From sequence record OZ387312.1: a DNA stretch of 32,000 nucleotides; one strand, given 5' to 3'. Within the stretch, counting starts at the first letter, position 1. Each line of letters opens with the position of its first letter. Shown here piece after piece: positions 21,602 to 31,911 of the stretch. Under the pieces are notes generated by a model. That model made no database searches. It worked only from the letters and a program-made list of their open reading frames with translations, and was not told where the DNA came from. The position numbers were made by a program, and so were the translations under genes.

Positions 21602-21718
21602 TTAAGAACGTGTAACTCGATCACTTTTACTAATGATAATTAAAGCAATTCCAATAGCTATTACAACTAAAAGGCCTGCTGTTAAACTAGACATAAAACT
21701 TGCTAATGAAGGTGTCAT
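21602..21718 (-). CDS. psbX: Photosystem II protein X
   Basis: 38-codon ORF below the track cutoff: MTPSLASFMSSLTAGLLVVIAIGIALIIISKSDRVTRS. It has the PsbX-type MTPSL N-terminus, a single transmembrane helix and a basic tail. Confidence 0.85.
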   Translation of the reverse strand: MTPSLASFMSSLTAGLLVVIAIGIALIIISKSDRVTRS

Positions 21719-22026
21719 TTCTAATTTCCTGTTATTTTAAATAAAAAGTTAAAGATAGTAAGATTGACTACAATATTTATTGTATCAGCTTTTAAAAAAA
21801 AATAATAATATTTTAAAAAATTTAATTTTTATTTTACGTCTTAATTTACTTATAACATATTTTGAACATCTAAAATGTGAGAATTTAAAATAAAAAATAA
21901 TAGATATAGTATTAATACTAACATTGAATAGATATTTTATGCTGCTATCTTACAATCCTGACATATTAAATATTTTTACAAGTTATATTAAATACTATAT
22001 CCGATTTATACTATACTAAAACTTTC

Positions 22027-22070
22027 ATAAATAATCAACTTTTAAGCTAACTTAAAAGTTGATTATTTAT
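22027..22070 (-). terminator. Perfect 20-bp stem-loop downstream of dnaB on the minus strand
   Basis: ataaataatcaacttttaag (22027-22046) is the exact reverse complement of cttaaaagttgattatttat (22051-22070), with a 4-nt loop ctaa. Confidence 0.6.
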
Positions 22071-22114
22071 AGCCTTGCGATTATAAGCTCTTTTATGTAT
22101 AATATCTAATACAA

Positions 22115-22187
22115 GCCCGGATAGCTCAGTTGGTAGAGCAGTGGATTGAAGATCCTCGTGTCACCAGTTCGAATCTGGTTCTGGGCA
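22115..22187 (+). tRNA. trnF(GAA): tRNA-Phe(GAA)
   Basis: GCCCGGA TA GCTC AGTTGGTA GAGC A GTGGA TTGAAGA TCCTC GTGTC ACCAG TTCGAAT CTGGT TCTGGGC A. There is one T.T mismatch in the anticodon stem. Confidence 0.9.
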
Positions 22188-23546
22188 ATTTAAAAATTTT
22201 GTTAGTTTTTCATCAAATCTTAGATTAATACGTCCTATTGGTCCATTCCGTTGTTTCGCAATATTTAATTCAGTTAAGTCAGATTGTTCATCCGTATTTG
22301 AATTATAATATTTATTCCGATATAACATTAAAACTAGATCAGCATCCTGTTCAATAGAACCACTTTCACGTAGATCCGAAAGAATAGGTCGTTTATCTAC
22401 TCGTGCTTCTACACTTCGACTTAATTGAGACAGAGCGATAATTGGAATATTAAACTCTCGTGCAATATTTTTTAATGATCGAGTAATTTGAGCTAATTCT
22501 TGGACTCTATTATTACTTTTTAAACTAGAATTTTGCATCAATTGTAAATAGTCAATAATGATCAACCCAACTTCAGTCTGTTCAAAAAGAATTGTTTTTA
22601 TTTTTGAACGAATATCTTGGACTGATAAATCAGACATATCATCTAAAAAAAGTGGTAATCGAGAAATTATTTTAATAATTTTATTTAATTTTACCCAATC
22701 ATTTTGATACAATTTACCACTTCGTAATCTTGTTTGATTTATACTGGTTTCCATAGATAAAATTCTATACATTATTTGTTTTTTTGACATTTCTAAACTA
22801 AAAAATAAGACCGGTAATTTTGAAGTTTTAATCACATTTAAAGCAATATTTAAACCTAATGCGGTCTTTCCCATAGAAGGACGTCCAGCAATAATAATCA
22901 AATCAGATTTTTGAAAGCCCTGTGTTAACGAATCCAAATCGTAAAATCCTGAAGAAAGGCCTGGAAGTGTGGGTTTTAACGATTTCTCTTTTAACTCTAA
23001 AAAGATATCTTTCAGTAGTTCTGGACTATTTGAAACTTTTTGAGTTTTAATTTCATTTGTTAAACTAAATAATTGATTTTCTAAGTCATTCAAAATATTT
23101 TCTAAAGGAATATTTGTTATATACCCAGAATTCATCGCTTCATATCCTAATTTAATTAAAGAACGTCGTAAAAATTTATCATTTACTAATCGAATATATT
23201 CTTCTAAATAAACTAAGTTTGGAATTTGATTCAAAAGTTCAATTAGAACTTTAACCCCACCAATGGTTTCTAACATTCCGCTATCTTGTAAAAATGAATT
23301 TAGAGTTAAAATATCAATTGGAGTTTTATTTTTATACATCGAGCTTATTGCAATATAAATCTCTCTATGATTATTAAAATAAAAAGCTTCTATTGATAAA
23401 GTTTGTAAAGTTATTTCAATTGCTTCGGAACTAATTACTAAACAACTTAAAATCATTTTTTCAGCCAAAAAATTATGTGGTAAATAATTTTTAAGTATTA
23501 ACTGTTCTTTTGTTTCAGAAAATTTTTGCATTTTGAAGGGTAACAA
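22161..23546 (-). CDS. dnaB: Replicative DNA helicase DnaB
   Basis: 461 aa with a Walker A motif (GRPSMGKTA), IIIDYLQLM, the LSQLSR motif and DADLVLMLYR. The start codon is uncertain (M1 or M6). The last 9 codons are antisense to trnF. Confidence 0.92.
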   Translation of the reverse strand: MLPFKMQKFSETKEQLILKNYLPHNFLAEKMILSCLVISSEAIEITLQTLSIEAFYFNNHREIYIAISSMYKNKTPIDILTLNSFLQDSGMLETIGGVKVLIELLNQIPNLVYLEEYIRLVNDKFLRRSLIKLGYEAMNSGYITNIPLENILNDLENQLFSLTNEIKTQKVSNSPELLKDIFLELKEKSLKPTLPGLSSGFYDLDSLTQGFQKSDLIIIAGRPSMGKTALGLNIALNVIKTSKLPVLFFSLEMSKKQIMYRILSMETSINQTRLRSGKLYQNDWVKLNKIIKIISRLPLFLDDMSDLSVQDIRSKIKTILFEQTEVGLIIIDYLQLMQNSSLKSNNRVQELAQITRSLKNIAREFNIPIIALSQLSRSVEARVDKRPILSDLRESGSIEQDADLVLMLYRNKYYNSNTDEQSDLTELNIAKQRNGPIGRINLRFDEKLTKFLNCPEPDSNW

Positions 23547-23612
23547 ATTACTTAAGTTTTTAAATCTTGTGTTTCTCGTATAAAAAGATTATATTAGAAA
23601 TATAATTTCCGT

Positions 23613-23685
23613 GCGTCCTTAGTTCAGTTGGTAGAACGCTAGTCTCCAAAATTAGATGTCGAGGGTTCAAGTCCTTCAGGGCGCG
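23613..23685 (+). tRNA. trnW(CCA): tRNA-Trp(CCA)
   Basis: GCGTCCT TA GTTC AGTTGGTA GAAC G CTAGT CTCCAAA ATTAG ATGTC GAGGG TTCAAGT CCTTC AGGGCGC G. Confidence 0.9.
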
Positions 23686-23687
23686 TT

Positions 23688-23710
23688 TCTCTTCAATAAG
23701 AGGTTTTTTT
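23688..23710 (+). terminator. Short hairpin plus T7 run directly after trnW (intrinsic-terminator-like)
   Basis: The stem is tctctt / aagagg (5 bp plus one G.U) with loop caat, followed by ttttttt (23704-23710). Confidence 0.3.
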
Positions 23711-23881
23711 CCAAATAGAATTTTAATAAAATATATATTCTGTAACTAATTTATTTTGTAAAAGGTTAAAGAAATTTTGTTTATAACTGTAAGATTTACA
23801 AACAAAAGAAATTTTTATTTTCAAATTAGTAAAGTTAAAATTATTTAAATATCTTTTAACATAATATAAAAATCAATTGCC

Positions 23882-24307
23882 ATGCCTAAAAAAATAACAG
23901 CGTTAATAAAATTAGCTTTACCAGCTGGTAAAGCAACACCAGCACCTCCTGTTGGACCGGCATTAGGGCAACACGGTGTAAATATTGCGGCGTTTTGTAA
24001 AGAATATAATGCGAAAACGAGCGATAAACCTGGGCTTATTATTCCTGTAGAAATTTCTGTTTATGAAGATAGAAGTTATACATTTATTCTAAAAACACCA
24101 CCCGCATCAGTTTTATTGGCAAATGCAGCAAAAATTAAAAAAGGTTCATCTACTCCAAACCGAGTAAGCGTTGGATCTATTACGAAGTCGCAATTAGAAG
24201 AAATTGCGAATATCAAACTACCTGATTTAAATACTACAAAAATCAGTAGTGCATTAAAAATTGTTGAAGGAACTGCCCGTAATATGGGTATCTCCATTGT
24301 AGATTGA
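23882..24307 (+). CDS. rpl11: 50S ribosomal protein L11
   Basis: 141 aa containing [27 protein letters not shown], the L11 signature. Confidence 0.96.
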   Translation: MPKKITALIKLALPAGKATPAPPVGPALGQHGVNIAAFCKEYNAKTSDKPGLIIPVEISVYEDRSYTFILKTPPASVLLANAAKIKKGSSTPNRVSVGSITKSQLEEIANIKLPDLNTTKISSALKIVEGTARNMGISIVD

Positions 24308-24342
24308 TCTAGAATTTTATAAGTTTTTAATGGAGAAAGTAT

Positions 24343-25035
24343 ATGCGAAAAATCTCGCGTCGTCAAAAAGAAAATATCAAAAAAACTAAAAATGTTCTAT
24401 ATTCAAATATAGAAGAAGCTATAACGGTTCTTCAGGAAACGGCAACAACAAAATTTATTGAAACTGTTGAATTACATGCTAATTTAAATATTGACCCAAA
24501 ATATGCAGATCAACAATTACGTACAACAGTTACATTACCGAATGGAGTAGGTAAACAAGTACGTATTGCTGTTTTAACAAATGAAGAAAATTTTGAAGAA
24601 GCTAAATCAGCAGGCGCAGACATTGTTGGTAATGATGATTTAATTGGAGAAATTAATCAAGGTATCCTAGAATTTGATTTATTAATAGCTACACCTAATA
24701 TGATGCCAAAGTTAGCGAAACTGGGTCGAGTATTAGGTCCAAAAGGTTTAATGCCATCGCCAAAATCTGGTACTGTTAGTACTACATTAGAAAGTACATT
24801 AACAGAATTCAAAAAAGGAAAGTTTGAATATAAAGCAGATAAAAGTGGAGTCGTTCATGTTAGCTTTGGTAAGGCTGATTTTAGTACAACTCAATTAGTT
24901 GAAAATTTAGAAGCATTATACCGCTCAATTGAACAAAACCGACCTTCAGGTGTAAAAGGTAAATATTTTAAAAGTTTATATATTTGCACAACTATGGGTC
25001 CATCAATTCAATTAGATGTAGAAATTTTCGATTAA
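24343..25035 (+). CDS. rpl1: 50S ribosomal protein L1
   Basis: 230 aa containing ETVELHANLNIDPKYADQQLR and LGPKGLMPSPKSGTV, both L1 signatures. Confidence 0.95.
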   Translation: MRKISRRQKENIKKTKNVLYSNIEEAITVLQETATTKFIETVELHANLNIDPKYADQQLRTTVTLPNGVGKQVRIAVLTNEENFEEAKSAGADIVGNDDLIGEINQGILEFDLLIATPNMMPKLAKLGRVLGPKGLMPSPKSGTVSTTLESTLTEFKKGKFEYKADKSGVVHVSFGKADFSTTQLVENLEALYRSIEQNRPSGVKGKYFKSLYICTTMGPSIQLDVEIFD

Positions 25036-25083
25036 TACAACAAAAAATACAAATATATAAATAATTAATAACAAGAAATTATT

Positions 25084-25467
25084 ATGTCAGAAAAAATTGA
25101 TCAAATCGTTGAAGAGTTAAAAACGTTAACATTATTAGAAGCTTCAGAATTAGTAACTGCAATTGAAGAAACATTTGGTGTGGATGCCTCAGCTAGCGCT
25201 GGTGGAACTATGGTAATGGCTGCTGCTGGACCAGCAGAAGAAGTAGAAGAAAAAACGGAATTTAACTTAATGTTAGATGAAGTTCCAGCAGATAAGAAGA
25301 TTGCTGTTCTAAAAGTAGTTCGTGGTTTAACTGGTTTAGGATTAAAAGAAGCAAAAGAATTAGTAGAATCTGCACCAAAGCAAGTTCAAGAAGGATTAGC
25401 TAAAGATGCTGCAGAAGATGGTAAAAAACAAATCGAAGATGCTGGTGGTAAAGCATCTCTTACATAG
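25084..25467 (+). CDS. rpl12: 50S ribosomal protein L7/L12
   Basis: 127 aa with an Ala-rich hinge and C-terminal [27 protein letters not shown]. Confidence 0.95.
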   Translation: MSEKIDQIVEELKTLTLLEASELVTAIEETFGVDASASAGGTMVMAAAGPAEEVEEKTEFNLMLDEVPADKKIAVLKVVRGLTGLGLKEAKELVESAPKQVQEGLAKDAAEDGKKQIEDAGGKASLT

Positions 25468-25501
25468 AGTTTGATTTGAAACTTTAAAATATAATGAAAA
25501 A

Positions 25502-25553
25502 ATATTATTACTAACATAAATATTATTACTAACATAATATGTTAGTAATAATA
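25502..25553. repeat. Two perfect tandem copies of an 18-nt motif followed by an inverted copy, between convergent rpl12 and petD
   Basis: atattattactaacataa occurs at 25502-25519 and again at 25520-25537. tattattactaacata (25521-25536) is the exact reverse complement of tatgttagtaataata (25538-25553). Confidence 0.8.
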
Positions 25554-25564
25554 ATATTTTGTGT

Positions 25565-26047
25565 TTACCAGTATCCTAATGATACTGCTTTATCAATTGG
25601 TAAACATGCACCTACTCCGAACCAAACCGCAAAAAGGAAGCCAGTGATAAATACTAAACTAGCAATAGGGCGACGGAATGGGTTTTGGAATTTATTCACG
25701 TTTTCAATAAATGGTACCGTGATTAAACCAGCAGGAACTGCTGCCATTGCTAATACGCCTAATAATTTATTAGGTAATACTCGTAATAAATTGAAAGTCG
25801 GGAAGAAATACCATTCTGGTAAAATTTCTAAAGGAGTATTAAATGGATCAGCGGGTTCACCCATCTGTGTAGGAGCCATAACTCCTAATCCAATACAACA
25901 TGCAAATGTCCCTAAGATACAAACAGGGAAAACATATAAAAGATCATTTGGCCAAGCAGGCTCTCCATAGTAGTTATGACCCATACCTTTAGCAAGTTTT
26001 GCTCGTAACTTTGGATCGGTTAAATCTGGTTTTTTAATTACTGACAT
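25565..26047 (-). CDS. petD: Cytochrome b6-f complex subunit IV
   Basis: 160 aa containing [34 protein letters not shown]...PEWYFFP, the PetD signature. Confidence 0.97.
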   Translation of the reverse strand: MSVIKKPDLTDPKLRAKLAKGMGHNYYGEPAWPNDLLYVFPVCILGTFACCIGLGVMAPTQMGEPADPFNTPLEILPEWYFFPTFNLLRVLPNKLLGVLAMAAVPAGLITVPFIENVNKFQNPFRRPIASLVFITGFLFAVWFGVGACLPIDKAVSLGYW

Positions 26048-26103
26048 AATTATAGTTATATGATAATAAATGTTTATTTAATAGACGTCTTTAAGAATTC
26101 GAT

Positions 26104-26751
26104 TTATAAAGGTCCTGAAATACCTTGCTTACGAATCATTAAGAAGTGAGTTAACATTAATACAGCTGCAGCTAATGGTAAAACAAAAGTATGTGCACTA
26201 TAGAAACGCGTTAGCGTACTTTGACCTACACTTTCTCCACCACGTAAAACTAAAACTAAAGGTGGTCCAACAATTGGAACTGCTGCGGGTACACCCGTTA
26301 CAATCTTACATGCCCAGAAACCTACTTGATCCCATGGTAAAGAGTAACCTGTTACACCGAATGAAACGGTAACAACAGCTAAAATTACACCTGTTACCCA
26401 AGTTAATTCACGAGGTTTCTTAAAACCACCTGTTAAATAAACACGGAAAACGTGTAATACCATCATCATCACCATCATACTAGCAGACCAACGGTGGATT
26501 GAACGAATTAACCAACCAAAGTTAACACTTGTCATAATGTATTCAACTGAAGCAAAAGCATCAACAACACTAGGACGGTAATAGAAAGTCATTGCAAATC
26601 CTGTTGCAACCTGTACTAAGAAACATGTAAAAACAATACCACCAAAACAATAGAAGATATTTACATGAGGCGGTACATATTTACTTGAGATATCATCAGC
26701 AATGGCTTGAACTTCTAATCGTTCTTCAAACCAATCATAAACTTTACCCAT
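26104..26751 (-). CDS. petB: Cytochrome b6
   Basis: The ORF is open to 26778 (MFEFFYKYL-), but the conserved cytochrome b6 N-terminus M(G/S)[18 protein letters not shown] starts at the ATG at 26749-26751, giving the canonical 215 aa. Confidence 0.93.
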   Translation of the reverse strand: MGKVYDWFEERLEVQAIADDISSKYVPPHVNIFYCFGGIVFTCFLVQVATGFAMTFYYRPSVVDAFASVEYIMTSVNFGWLIRSIHRWSASMMVMMMVLHVFRVYLTGGFKKPRELTWVTGVILAVVTVSFGVTGYSLPWDQVGFWACKIVTGVPAAVPIVGPPLVLVLRGGESVGQSTLTRFYSAHTFVLPLAAAVLMLTHFLMIRKQGISGPL

Positions 26752-26813
26752 AAGATATTTATAAAAAAATTCAAACACGGTTAAGCAAAGGTTTGAGAAT
26801 TTTTTTTATTATA

Positions 26814-26901
26814 AGGCGAGAGTGGGATTCGAACCCACGGAACCCGTAAAGATTCATCTGATTTCAAATCAGACGCAATCGACCAACTCTGCCATCTCGC
26901 C
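26814..26901 (-). tRNA. trnS(UGA): tRNA-Ser(UGA), class II
   Basis: Minus strand: GGCGAGA TG GCAGAGTTGGTCGATTGC G TCTGA TTTGAAA TCAGA TGAATCTTTACGGGTTCC GTGGG TTCGAAT CCCAC TCTCGCC T. The variable arm has a 5-bp stem. Confidence 0.88.
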
Positions 26902-26903
26902 AA

Positions 26904-26927
26904 AAGATTAGCTACGACGCTAATCTT
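26904..26927 (-). terminator. 9-bp stem-loop between the psaD 3' end and trnS
   Basis: aagattagc (26904-26912) is the exact reverse complement of gctaatctt (26919-26927), with a 6-nt loop. Confidence 0.4.
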
Positions 26928-26936
26928 AAATATGGA

Positions 26937-27356
26937 TTAACTTTCGTAAGTAGCAACTCCACTAAATTTAATTGAAGCTGGATTTGGATTTTTTCCAATT
27001 GAAAAATCACGACTATTAACCGAAGTACGACCTGGATTAACCTTCTCAGGTGCAACCCCGTCTTTTGGATGTAAGTATTGTACCTCACCACTTGGGAAAA
27101 TTCGATAAATTTTACAATCTTTGATTTTAAACGTTAACAACTGAGTTGCTAATGCTAAACACTGTTCTTTTCGTGCTAAATATAATAAATTTTCGCCATT
27201 ACGCATAATAGCAGCACCACCAGTAGGCATTTCAAAGATCTGTTCTTTATTACTCGTCCAAGTAATAGCATATTTCTCTTCAACTTCAGCAGCACGTAAC
27301 CATCCGCCAGTGCTTCCACCGAAAGTAGGAAAAGGTGTTTGTAAATTTAATGTCAT
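26937..27356 (-). CDS. psaD: Photosystem I subunit II (PsaD)
   Basis: 139 aa containing [21 protein letters not shown]...[28 protein letters not shown], the PsaD signature. Confidence 0.95.
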   Translation of the reverse strand: MTLNLQTPFPTFGGSTGGWLRAAEVEEKYAITWTSNKEQIFEMPTGGAAIMRNGENLLYLARKEQCLALATQLLTFKIKDCKIYRIFPSGEVQYLHPKDGVAPEKVNPGRTSVNSRDFSIGKNPNPASIKFSGVATYES

Positions 27357-27447
27357 AGGTAAAACCTTAGTTAATATTTAACGTTCAATATATAATTTTA
27401 ATAAAAAAACTTTTTTTTTTATTAAATATTAAAATTATAAAGTTTTC

Positions 27448-27521
27448 TAGCGGGGAGCGGATTTGAACCACTGACCTTCGGGTTATGAGCCCAACGAGCT
27501 ACCAGACTGCTCTACCCCGCG
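27448..27521 (-). tRNA. trnfM(CAU): Initiator tRNA-fMet(CAU)
   Basis: Minus strand: CGCGGGG TA GAGC AGTCTGGTA GCTC G TTGGG CTCATAA CCCGA AGGTC AGTGG TTCAAAT CCGCT CCCCGCT A. It has the unpaired 1-72 position and the three G-C pairs closing the anticodon stem that mark initiator tRNAs. Confidence 0.9.
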
Positions 27522-27718
27522 ACAGTTAAATTATCTATTAACTATAATGCTCTTTAATACTATATTTTGCATCAGTTACGTTAATAGTTGATATTAAAAT
27601 TAATTAACTTATAGCTAATCAATAAAAATCACGAACGCTAACTTACTTATGGAATTTTACTTATAAAAGAATAAATAATGGTAAAAAAGATAAGGGATAA
27701 TTTTCTAATTTAATTTTA

Positions 27719-27747
27719 CATAAAAGTTTAATAAATAAACTTTTATG
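27719..27747 (-). terminator. Perfect 12-bp stem-loop overlapping the secG stop codon
   Basis: cataaaagttta (27719-27730) is the exact reverse complement of taaacttttatg (27736-27747). The stop is at 27743-27745. Confidence 0.45.
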
Positions 27748-27952
27748 CAAAATTAAATAATGTCGCACATACAAAATAAATTATTATGGCAAAACCAGTT
27801 ATTAAATTTAAAGAACGTTGTGCCGACGTAGGTGAACCTAATATATCACTTTTATTAGCAAAACTTGACAGTCCAACATTTTGTTGTGGCATACGCCAAA
27901 AAATAATAAAAATTATAAAAAGACTAGTTGAAACCCAAAGTTGCTGTAACAT
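27743..27952 (-). CDS. secG: Preprotein translocase subunit SecG (ycf47)
   Basis: 69 aa with two transmembrane segments flanking ...GLSSFANKSDILGSPTSAQR.L. The size and topology fit plastid SecG/Ycf47. Confidence 0.75.
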   Translation of the reverse strand: MLQQLWVSTSLFIIFIIFWRMPQQNVGLSSFANKSDILGSPTSAQRSLNLITGFAIIIYFVCATLFNFA

Positions 27953-28010
27953 AAATCTAATATTTATATGAATAAATTATTTAATTTTTCCAATTAATTT
28001 TAGTAAAAAA

Positions 28011-29072
28011 TTAATCTTCAATTTCAAAGATTTCTTTGAAAACTTTACTTACTTTATCCCCTGAGTCAATTGATTCTAATGGATCTTTTCGTAAACGATG
28101 ACGTAAGCATAATGTAATAATTTTTGCAATATCATCAACTGTTACTTTATCACGCCCATCGTAAGCTGCATGAGCTTTCGCCGCACGATTCGTAACAATA
28201 TCACCTCGTAATCCATCAACATCTAAACGGCTACAAACTTCAGAAATTTTAACACGTAAATCATACTCAAGTTCAACACTTGGTAATAATTGTTGTGCTC
28301 TTACAATTTTATCTCGTAATTCTTGTTGTTGAGTTTCGTAATTTTCAATCCAAACCATTGGAGTTTGATCAAAAGAAGTTCTTTCTTCTACAACTTTTAC
28401 TCGTAAAATTGGATCTTTAACAGTTCGAATTTCAGCATGCATCCCGAATCTATCTAATAGTTGTGGTCGTAATTCTCCCTCTTCTGGGTTTCCCGAACCA
28501 ACTAATACAAATCGAGCTGGGTGGCGGATCGAAATACCTTCACGTTCAACTGTATTCCAACCAGAAGCTGCCGAATCTAATAAAATATCTACTAAATGAT
28601 CATCTAATAAATTAACTTCATCAACATATAATAATCCACGGTTTGCTTTAGCTAATAAACCAGGTTCAAAGGCTTTTACACCTTCGGTTAAAGCTTTTTC
28701 AATATCAATTGTTCCACAAACACGATCTTCAGTTGCACCTAATGGTAAATCTACCATTGGAATTTTGATAAGTTCAGTTTCAAGAGTATCACCATTTTGA
28801 ACTGCTAATTTCACGTCATTCCCCATTAAATCTAAATCAGACTTATGAGAGTTAAACGGATCATCTTTTACGATTTCAATTTCTGGAAGTAAATCAGTAA
28901 TTGCTCGAATTGTAGTTGATTTTCCTGTCCCACGATCTCCCATAATCATTACACCACCAATTTTTGGATCGATAACATTCAATTGTAATGCTAATTTCAT
29001 TTCTTCCTGTCCAACAATTGCAGTAAATGGAAAAACGGGGCTAGAAAATTTTTTTAAATCTTGTGTAACCAT
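28011..29072 (-). CDS. chlI: Magnesium chelatase ATPase subunit I
   Basis: 353 aa containing [16 protein letters not shown], a Walker A motif (GDRGTGKST), a Walker B motif ([16 protein letters not shown]) and [17 protein letters not shown]. Confidence 0.97.
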   Translation of the reverse strand: MVTQDLKKFSSPVFPFTAIVGQEEMKLALQLNVIDPKIGGVMIMGDRGTGKSTTIRAITDLLPEIEIVKDDPFNSHKSDLDLMGNDVKLAVQNGDTLETELIKIPMVDLPLGATEDRVCGTIDIEKALTEGVKAFEPGLLAKANRGLLYVDEVNLLDDHLVDILLDSAASGWNTVEREGISIRHPARFVLVGSGNPEEGELRPQLLDRFGMHAEIRTVKDPILRVKVVEERTSFDQTPMVWIENYETQQQELRDKIVRAQQLLPSVELEYDLRVKISEVCSRLDVDGLRGDIVTNRAAKAHAAYDGRDKVTVDDIAKIITLCLRHRLRKDPLESIDSGDKVSKVFKEIFEIED

Positions 29073-29135
29073 ATTATTTTTAAATTATAATTTCGAAATT
29101 GAATTATTGTAAGTTTAAATGTGCTATCAATTTTA

Positions 29136-29228
29136 TTATTCGTAAAGTGTAGAACCTAAACGAACGGCTAAAACACTTGCAACTAAAGCAATAAATAATG
29201 CTGTATAAACTTGTGAATCTAAGATCAT
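29136..29228 (-). CDS. psaM: Photosystem I subunit XII (PsaM)
   Basis: 30-codon ORF below the track cutoff: MILDSQVYTALFIALVASVLAVRLGSTLYE. It has the PsaM length and the ...LA.RLG..LY motif. TAGGAG lies 6 nt upstream of the ATG (29235-29240). Confidence 0.8.
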   Translation of the reverse strand: MILDSQVYTALFIALVASVLAVRLGSTLYE

Positions 29229-29397
29229 AGTATACTCCTAAATATTATCTAATTTATGTAAATGGTTTTGATTCTAAAGAAAAATAGGATGTTAAGATAT
29301 AACAAAGATATTAAATAAATCTTTAAATTCTATTTATATATAATTGTAGATTAAATTAACAAAAATGATCTAATTTAATAATAATAATAATTTTTTA

Positions 29398-29700
29398 TTA
29401 CCAACTTGATTTTGTAACCCCTGGTAATAAACATTGGTGAGCCATTTCTCTAACAACATGACGTGATAATCCAAAATCTCTAAAGACTCCACGTGGACGG
29501 CCAGTTTTCCAACAACGGTTTCGAATTCGATTTTTTGCACTATTACGAGGTAATTTTTGAATTTTTGAGTGTAATTCCATTTTTAAATTGAAATTATCTG
29601 CACTCTGATACTGCTTTAATAAATTTGCTCGTTTTGTTGCATATTTGTTATGTAATCGAATTCGTTTTTTTTCTCGTTCAATCATACTTTTTTTTGCCAT
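29398..29700 (-). CDS. rps14: 30S ribosomal protein S14
   Basis: 100 aa beginning [13 protein letters not shown] and ending ...RNRC..TGRPRGV.RDFGLSR...[13 protein letters not shown], the S14 signature. Confidence 0.95.
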   Translation of the reverse strand: MAKKSMIEREKKRIRLHNKYATKRANLLKQYQSADNFNLKMELHSKIQKLPRNSAKNRIRNRCWKTGRPRGVFRDFGLSRHVVREMAHQCLLPGVTKSSW

Positions 29701-29994
29701 AAGGAAATTTTCAATGAATTAAAATAAATATAAAGTTTTGTAAAATAATTTGAAGGAAAAAAGAAAATAATTACTTTTTTTAATTAAGGTTATTGTAACT
29801 TTTAGATTTATACAAGTAAAGCTATAATTTTTTACGTTGAGTTTCTATAATATTAATTTTATGTTTAATAGGGCTTAAAATTAAATTACGTAATTTTTTT
29901 TATCTTGGCTTATAATATTATAATAGCTAACTTTTTTTCTAGTTTAGTTGTAAGAAAGTCAAAAACCATTATTTATATTGAGGAATGAATTACT

Positions 29995-31524
29995 ATGGCT
30001 TTACCATGGTATCGTGTTCATACTGTTGTTTTAAATGATCCTGGAAGATTAATTGCTGTACATATTATGCATACTGGTCTAGTTGCCGGTTGGGCCGGAT
30101 CAATGGCATTATATGAATTAGCAATCTTTGATCCATCAGATCCAGTTTTAAATCCAATGTGGCGTCAAGGTATGTTTGTTATGCCGTTTATGACTCGTTT
30201 AGGTGTTACAGATTCTTGGGGTGGTTGGAGTATTACAGGTGAGAGTGTTTCAAACCCTGGTATCTGGAGTTTTGAAGGTGTAGCAATTACACATATTATT
30301 TTATCTGGTATGTGTTTCTTAGCTGCTATTTGGCACTGGGTTTATTGGGATTTAGAATTATTCCGTGATCCAAGAACAGGAGAACCTGCTTTAGATTTAC
30401 CAAAAATCTTTGGTATTCACTTATTCTTATCAGGTTTATTATGTTTTGGATTTGGAGCATTCCACGTAACAGGTTTATTTGGACCTGGTATTTGGGTTTC
30501 AGATGCATACGGCATTACTGGAAAAGTACAACCCGTTGCTCCTGCTTGGGGCGCAGATGGTTTTAATCCATTTAACCCAGGTGGTATTGCAGCACACCAT
30601 ATTGCTGCAGGAATTTTTGGTATCTTCGCTGGTATCTTCCATTTAACAGTTCGTCCACCACAACGTTTATACCGTGCTTTACGTATGGGTAATATTGAGA
30701 CAGTATTATCTAGTAGTATCTCTGCTGTGTTCTTCGCAGCATTCGTAACATCAGGTACAATGTGGTATGGTGCCGCAGCTACTCCTATCGAATTATTTGG
30801 TCCAACTCGTTACCAATGGGATAGTGGGTATTTCCAACAAGAGATTGAACGTCAAGTTGAAGCATCTGTAAGTGAAGGTTTATCAGAAAGTCAAGCATGG
30901 TCACGAATTCCAGATAAATTAGCATTCTACGATTACATTGGTAATAACCCAGCTAAGGGTGGTTTATTCCGTGCCGGTCCAATGGACAAGGGTGATGGTA
31001 TTGCTGAAGCTTGGTTAGGACACCCGATTTTCCGAGACAAAGAAGGTCGTGAATTAACAGTTCGAAGAATGCCAGCTTTCTTTGAAACATTCCCTGTTAT
31101 TTTAGTTGATAAAGATGGAATTATCCGTGCGGATATCCCATTCCGTCGTGCAGAATCAAAATATAGTATTGAACAAGTGGGTGTTACTGTAGATTTCTAT
31201 GGTGGTAAATTAAATGGTCAAACATTTAAAGATGCACCAACAGTTAAGAAATTTGCTCGTAAAGCGCAATTAGGTGAAGTTTTTGAATTTGATAGAACAA
31301 GTTTAGAATCTGATGGTGTATTCAGAAGTAGTCCACGTGGTTGGTATACTTATGGACATGCTAACTTTGCTTTATTATTCTTCTTTGGTCACTTATGGCA
31401 TGGTGGAAGAACAATCTTCCGTGATGTATTTACAGGTATTGGTGCAGAAGTTACAGAACAAGTAGAATTTGGTGCATTCCAAAAGCTTGGTGACAAATCA
31501 ACTAAAAAACAAGGTGCTGTATAG
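29995..31524 (+). CDS. psbB: Photosystem II CP47 chlorophyll apoprotein
   Basis: 509 aa beginning [27 protein letters not shown], with near-universal CP47 conservation throughout. Confidence 0.98.
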   Translation: MALPWYRVHTVVLNDPGRLIAVHIMHTGLVAGWAGSMALYELAIFDPSDPVLNPMWRQGMFVMPFMTRLGVTDSWGGWSITGESVSNPGIWSFEGVAITHIILSGMCFLAAIWHWVYWDLELFRDPRTGEPALDLPKIFGIHLFLSGLLCFGFGAFHVTGLFGPGIWVSDAYGITGKVQPVAPAWGADGFNPFNPGGIAAHHIAAGIFGIFAGIFHLTVRPPQRLYRALRMGNIETVLSSSISAVFFAAFVTSGTMWYGAAATPIELFGPTRYQWDSGYFQQEIERQVEASVSEGLSESQAWSRIPDKLAFYDYIGNNPAKGGLFRAGPMDKGDGIAEAWLGHPIFRDKEGRELTVRRMPAFFETFPVILVDKDGIIRADIPFRRAESKYSIEQVGVTVDFYGGKLNGQTFKDAPTVKKFARKAQLGEVFEFDRTSLESDGVFRSSPRGWYTYGHANFALLFFFGHLWHGGRTIFRDVFTGIGAEVTEQVEFGAFQKLGDKSTKKQGAV

Positions 31525-31574
31525 ATTATAGTCTTTGTTTTTGAAATTTATTTAAAATTAAACAGGATTAAACA

Positions 31575-31673
31575 ATGGAAGCGTTAGTTTATACATTTTT
31601 ACTTATTGGTACTTTAATGGTAATTTTCTTTGCAGTATTCTTCAGAGAAACACCTAGAATTATCAAAAAATAA
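31575..31673 (+). CDS. psbT: Photosystem II protein T
   Basis: 32-codon ORF: [32 protein letters not shown]. The sequence and the position after psbB are both canonical. Confidence 0.92.
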   Translation: MEALVYTFLLIGTLMVIFFAVFFRETPRIIKK

Positions 31674-31693
31674 AACCATTTTCATTGGTTTTA
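31671..31693. terminator. 8-bp stem-loop shared by convergent psbT and psbN
   Basis: taaaacca (31671-31678, which includes the psbT stop) is the exact reverse complement of tggtttta (31686-31693). Confidence 0.4.
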
Positions 31694-31697
31694 TTTT

Positions 31698-31829
31698 TTA
31701 ATCTTCATGTTCTTCGAATGGATCACGTAAGTTTTTAGACGCAGGTCCAAAAGCAGTATAAATTGAATATGTAGTAATTCCTAAAAGTAAACTTGATACA
31801 AAAATTACAATAATAGTTGCTGTTTCCAT
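31698..31829 (-). CDS. psbN: PsbN protein (photosystem II assembly factor)
   Basis: 43-codon ORF: [43 protein letters not shown]. It has the canonical PsbN sequence and lies on the opposite strand between psbT and psbH. Confidence 0.92.
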   Translation of the reverse strand: METATIIVIFVSSLLLGITTYSIYTAFGPASKNLRDPFEEHED

Positions 31830-31911
31830 GTTATATGTTTAACTAAATTAACAGTTTAATATTATATAACATATAGTAAAAAATTAATTTATTAAAAATA
31901 TAAATATTTTT

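Noticed and set aside
21940-22020. 26-codon plus-strand ORF (MLLSYNPDILNIFTSYIKYYIRFILY) in the psbX/trnF spacer
   Set aside because: It is unrecognisable and very short, with no ribosome-binding site, and it sits in AT-rich spacer. I treat it as noise.
25539-25970. 143-aa ORF on the plus strand, the largest unexplained ORF in the track
   Set aside because: It is entirely antisense to the highly conserved petD and starts inside the rpl12/petD repeat. Its basic, low-complexity translation resembles nothing known. It is an antisense-frame artefact.
26752-26778. 9-codon N-terminal extension of petB (MFEFFYKYL) implied by the longest ORF
   Set aside because: Cytochrome b6 is extremely conserved and begins at the M[11 protein letters not shown] block. 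The upstream ATG is probably in frame by chance, so I annotated the start at 26751.
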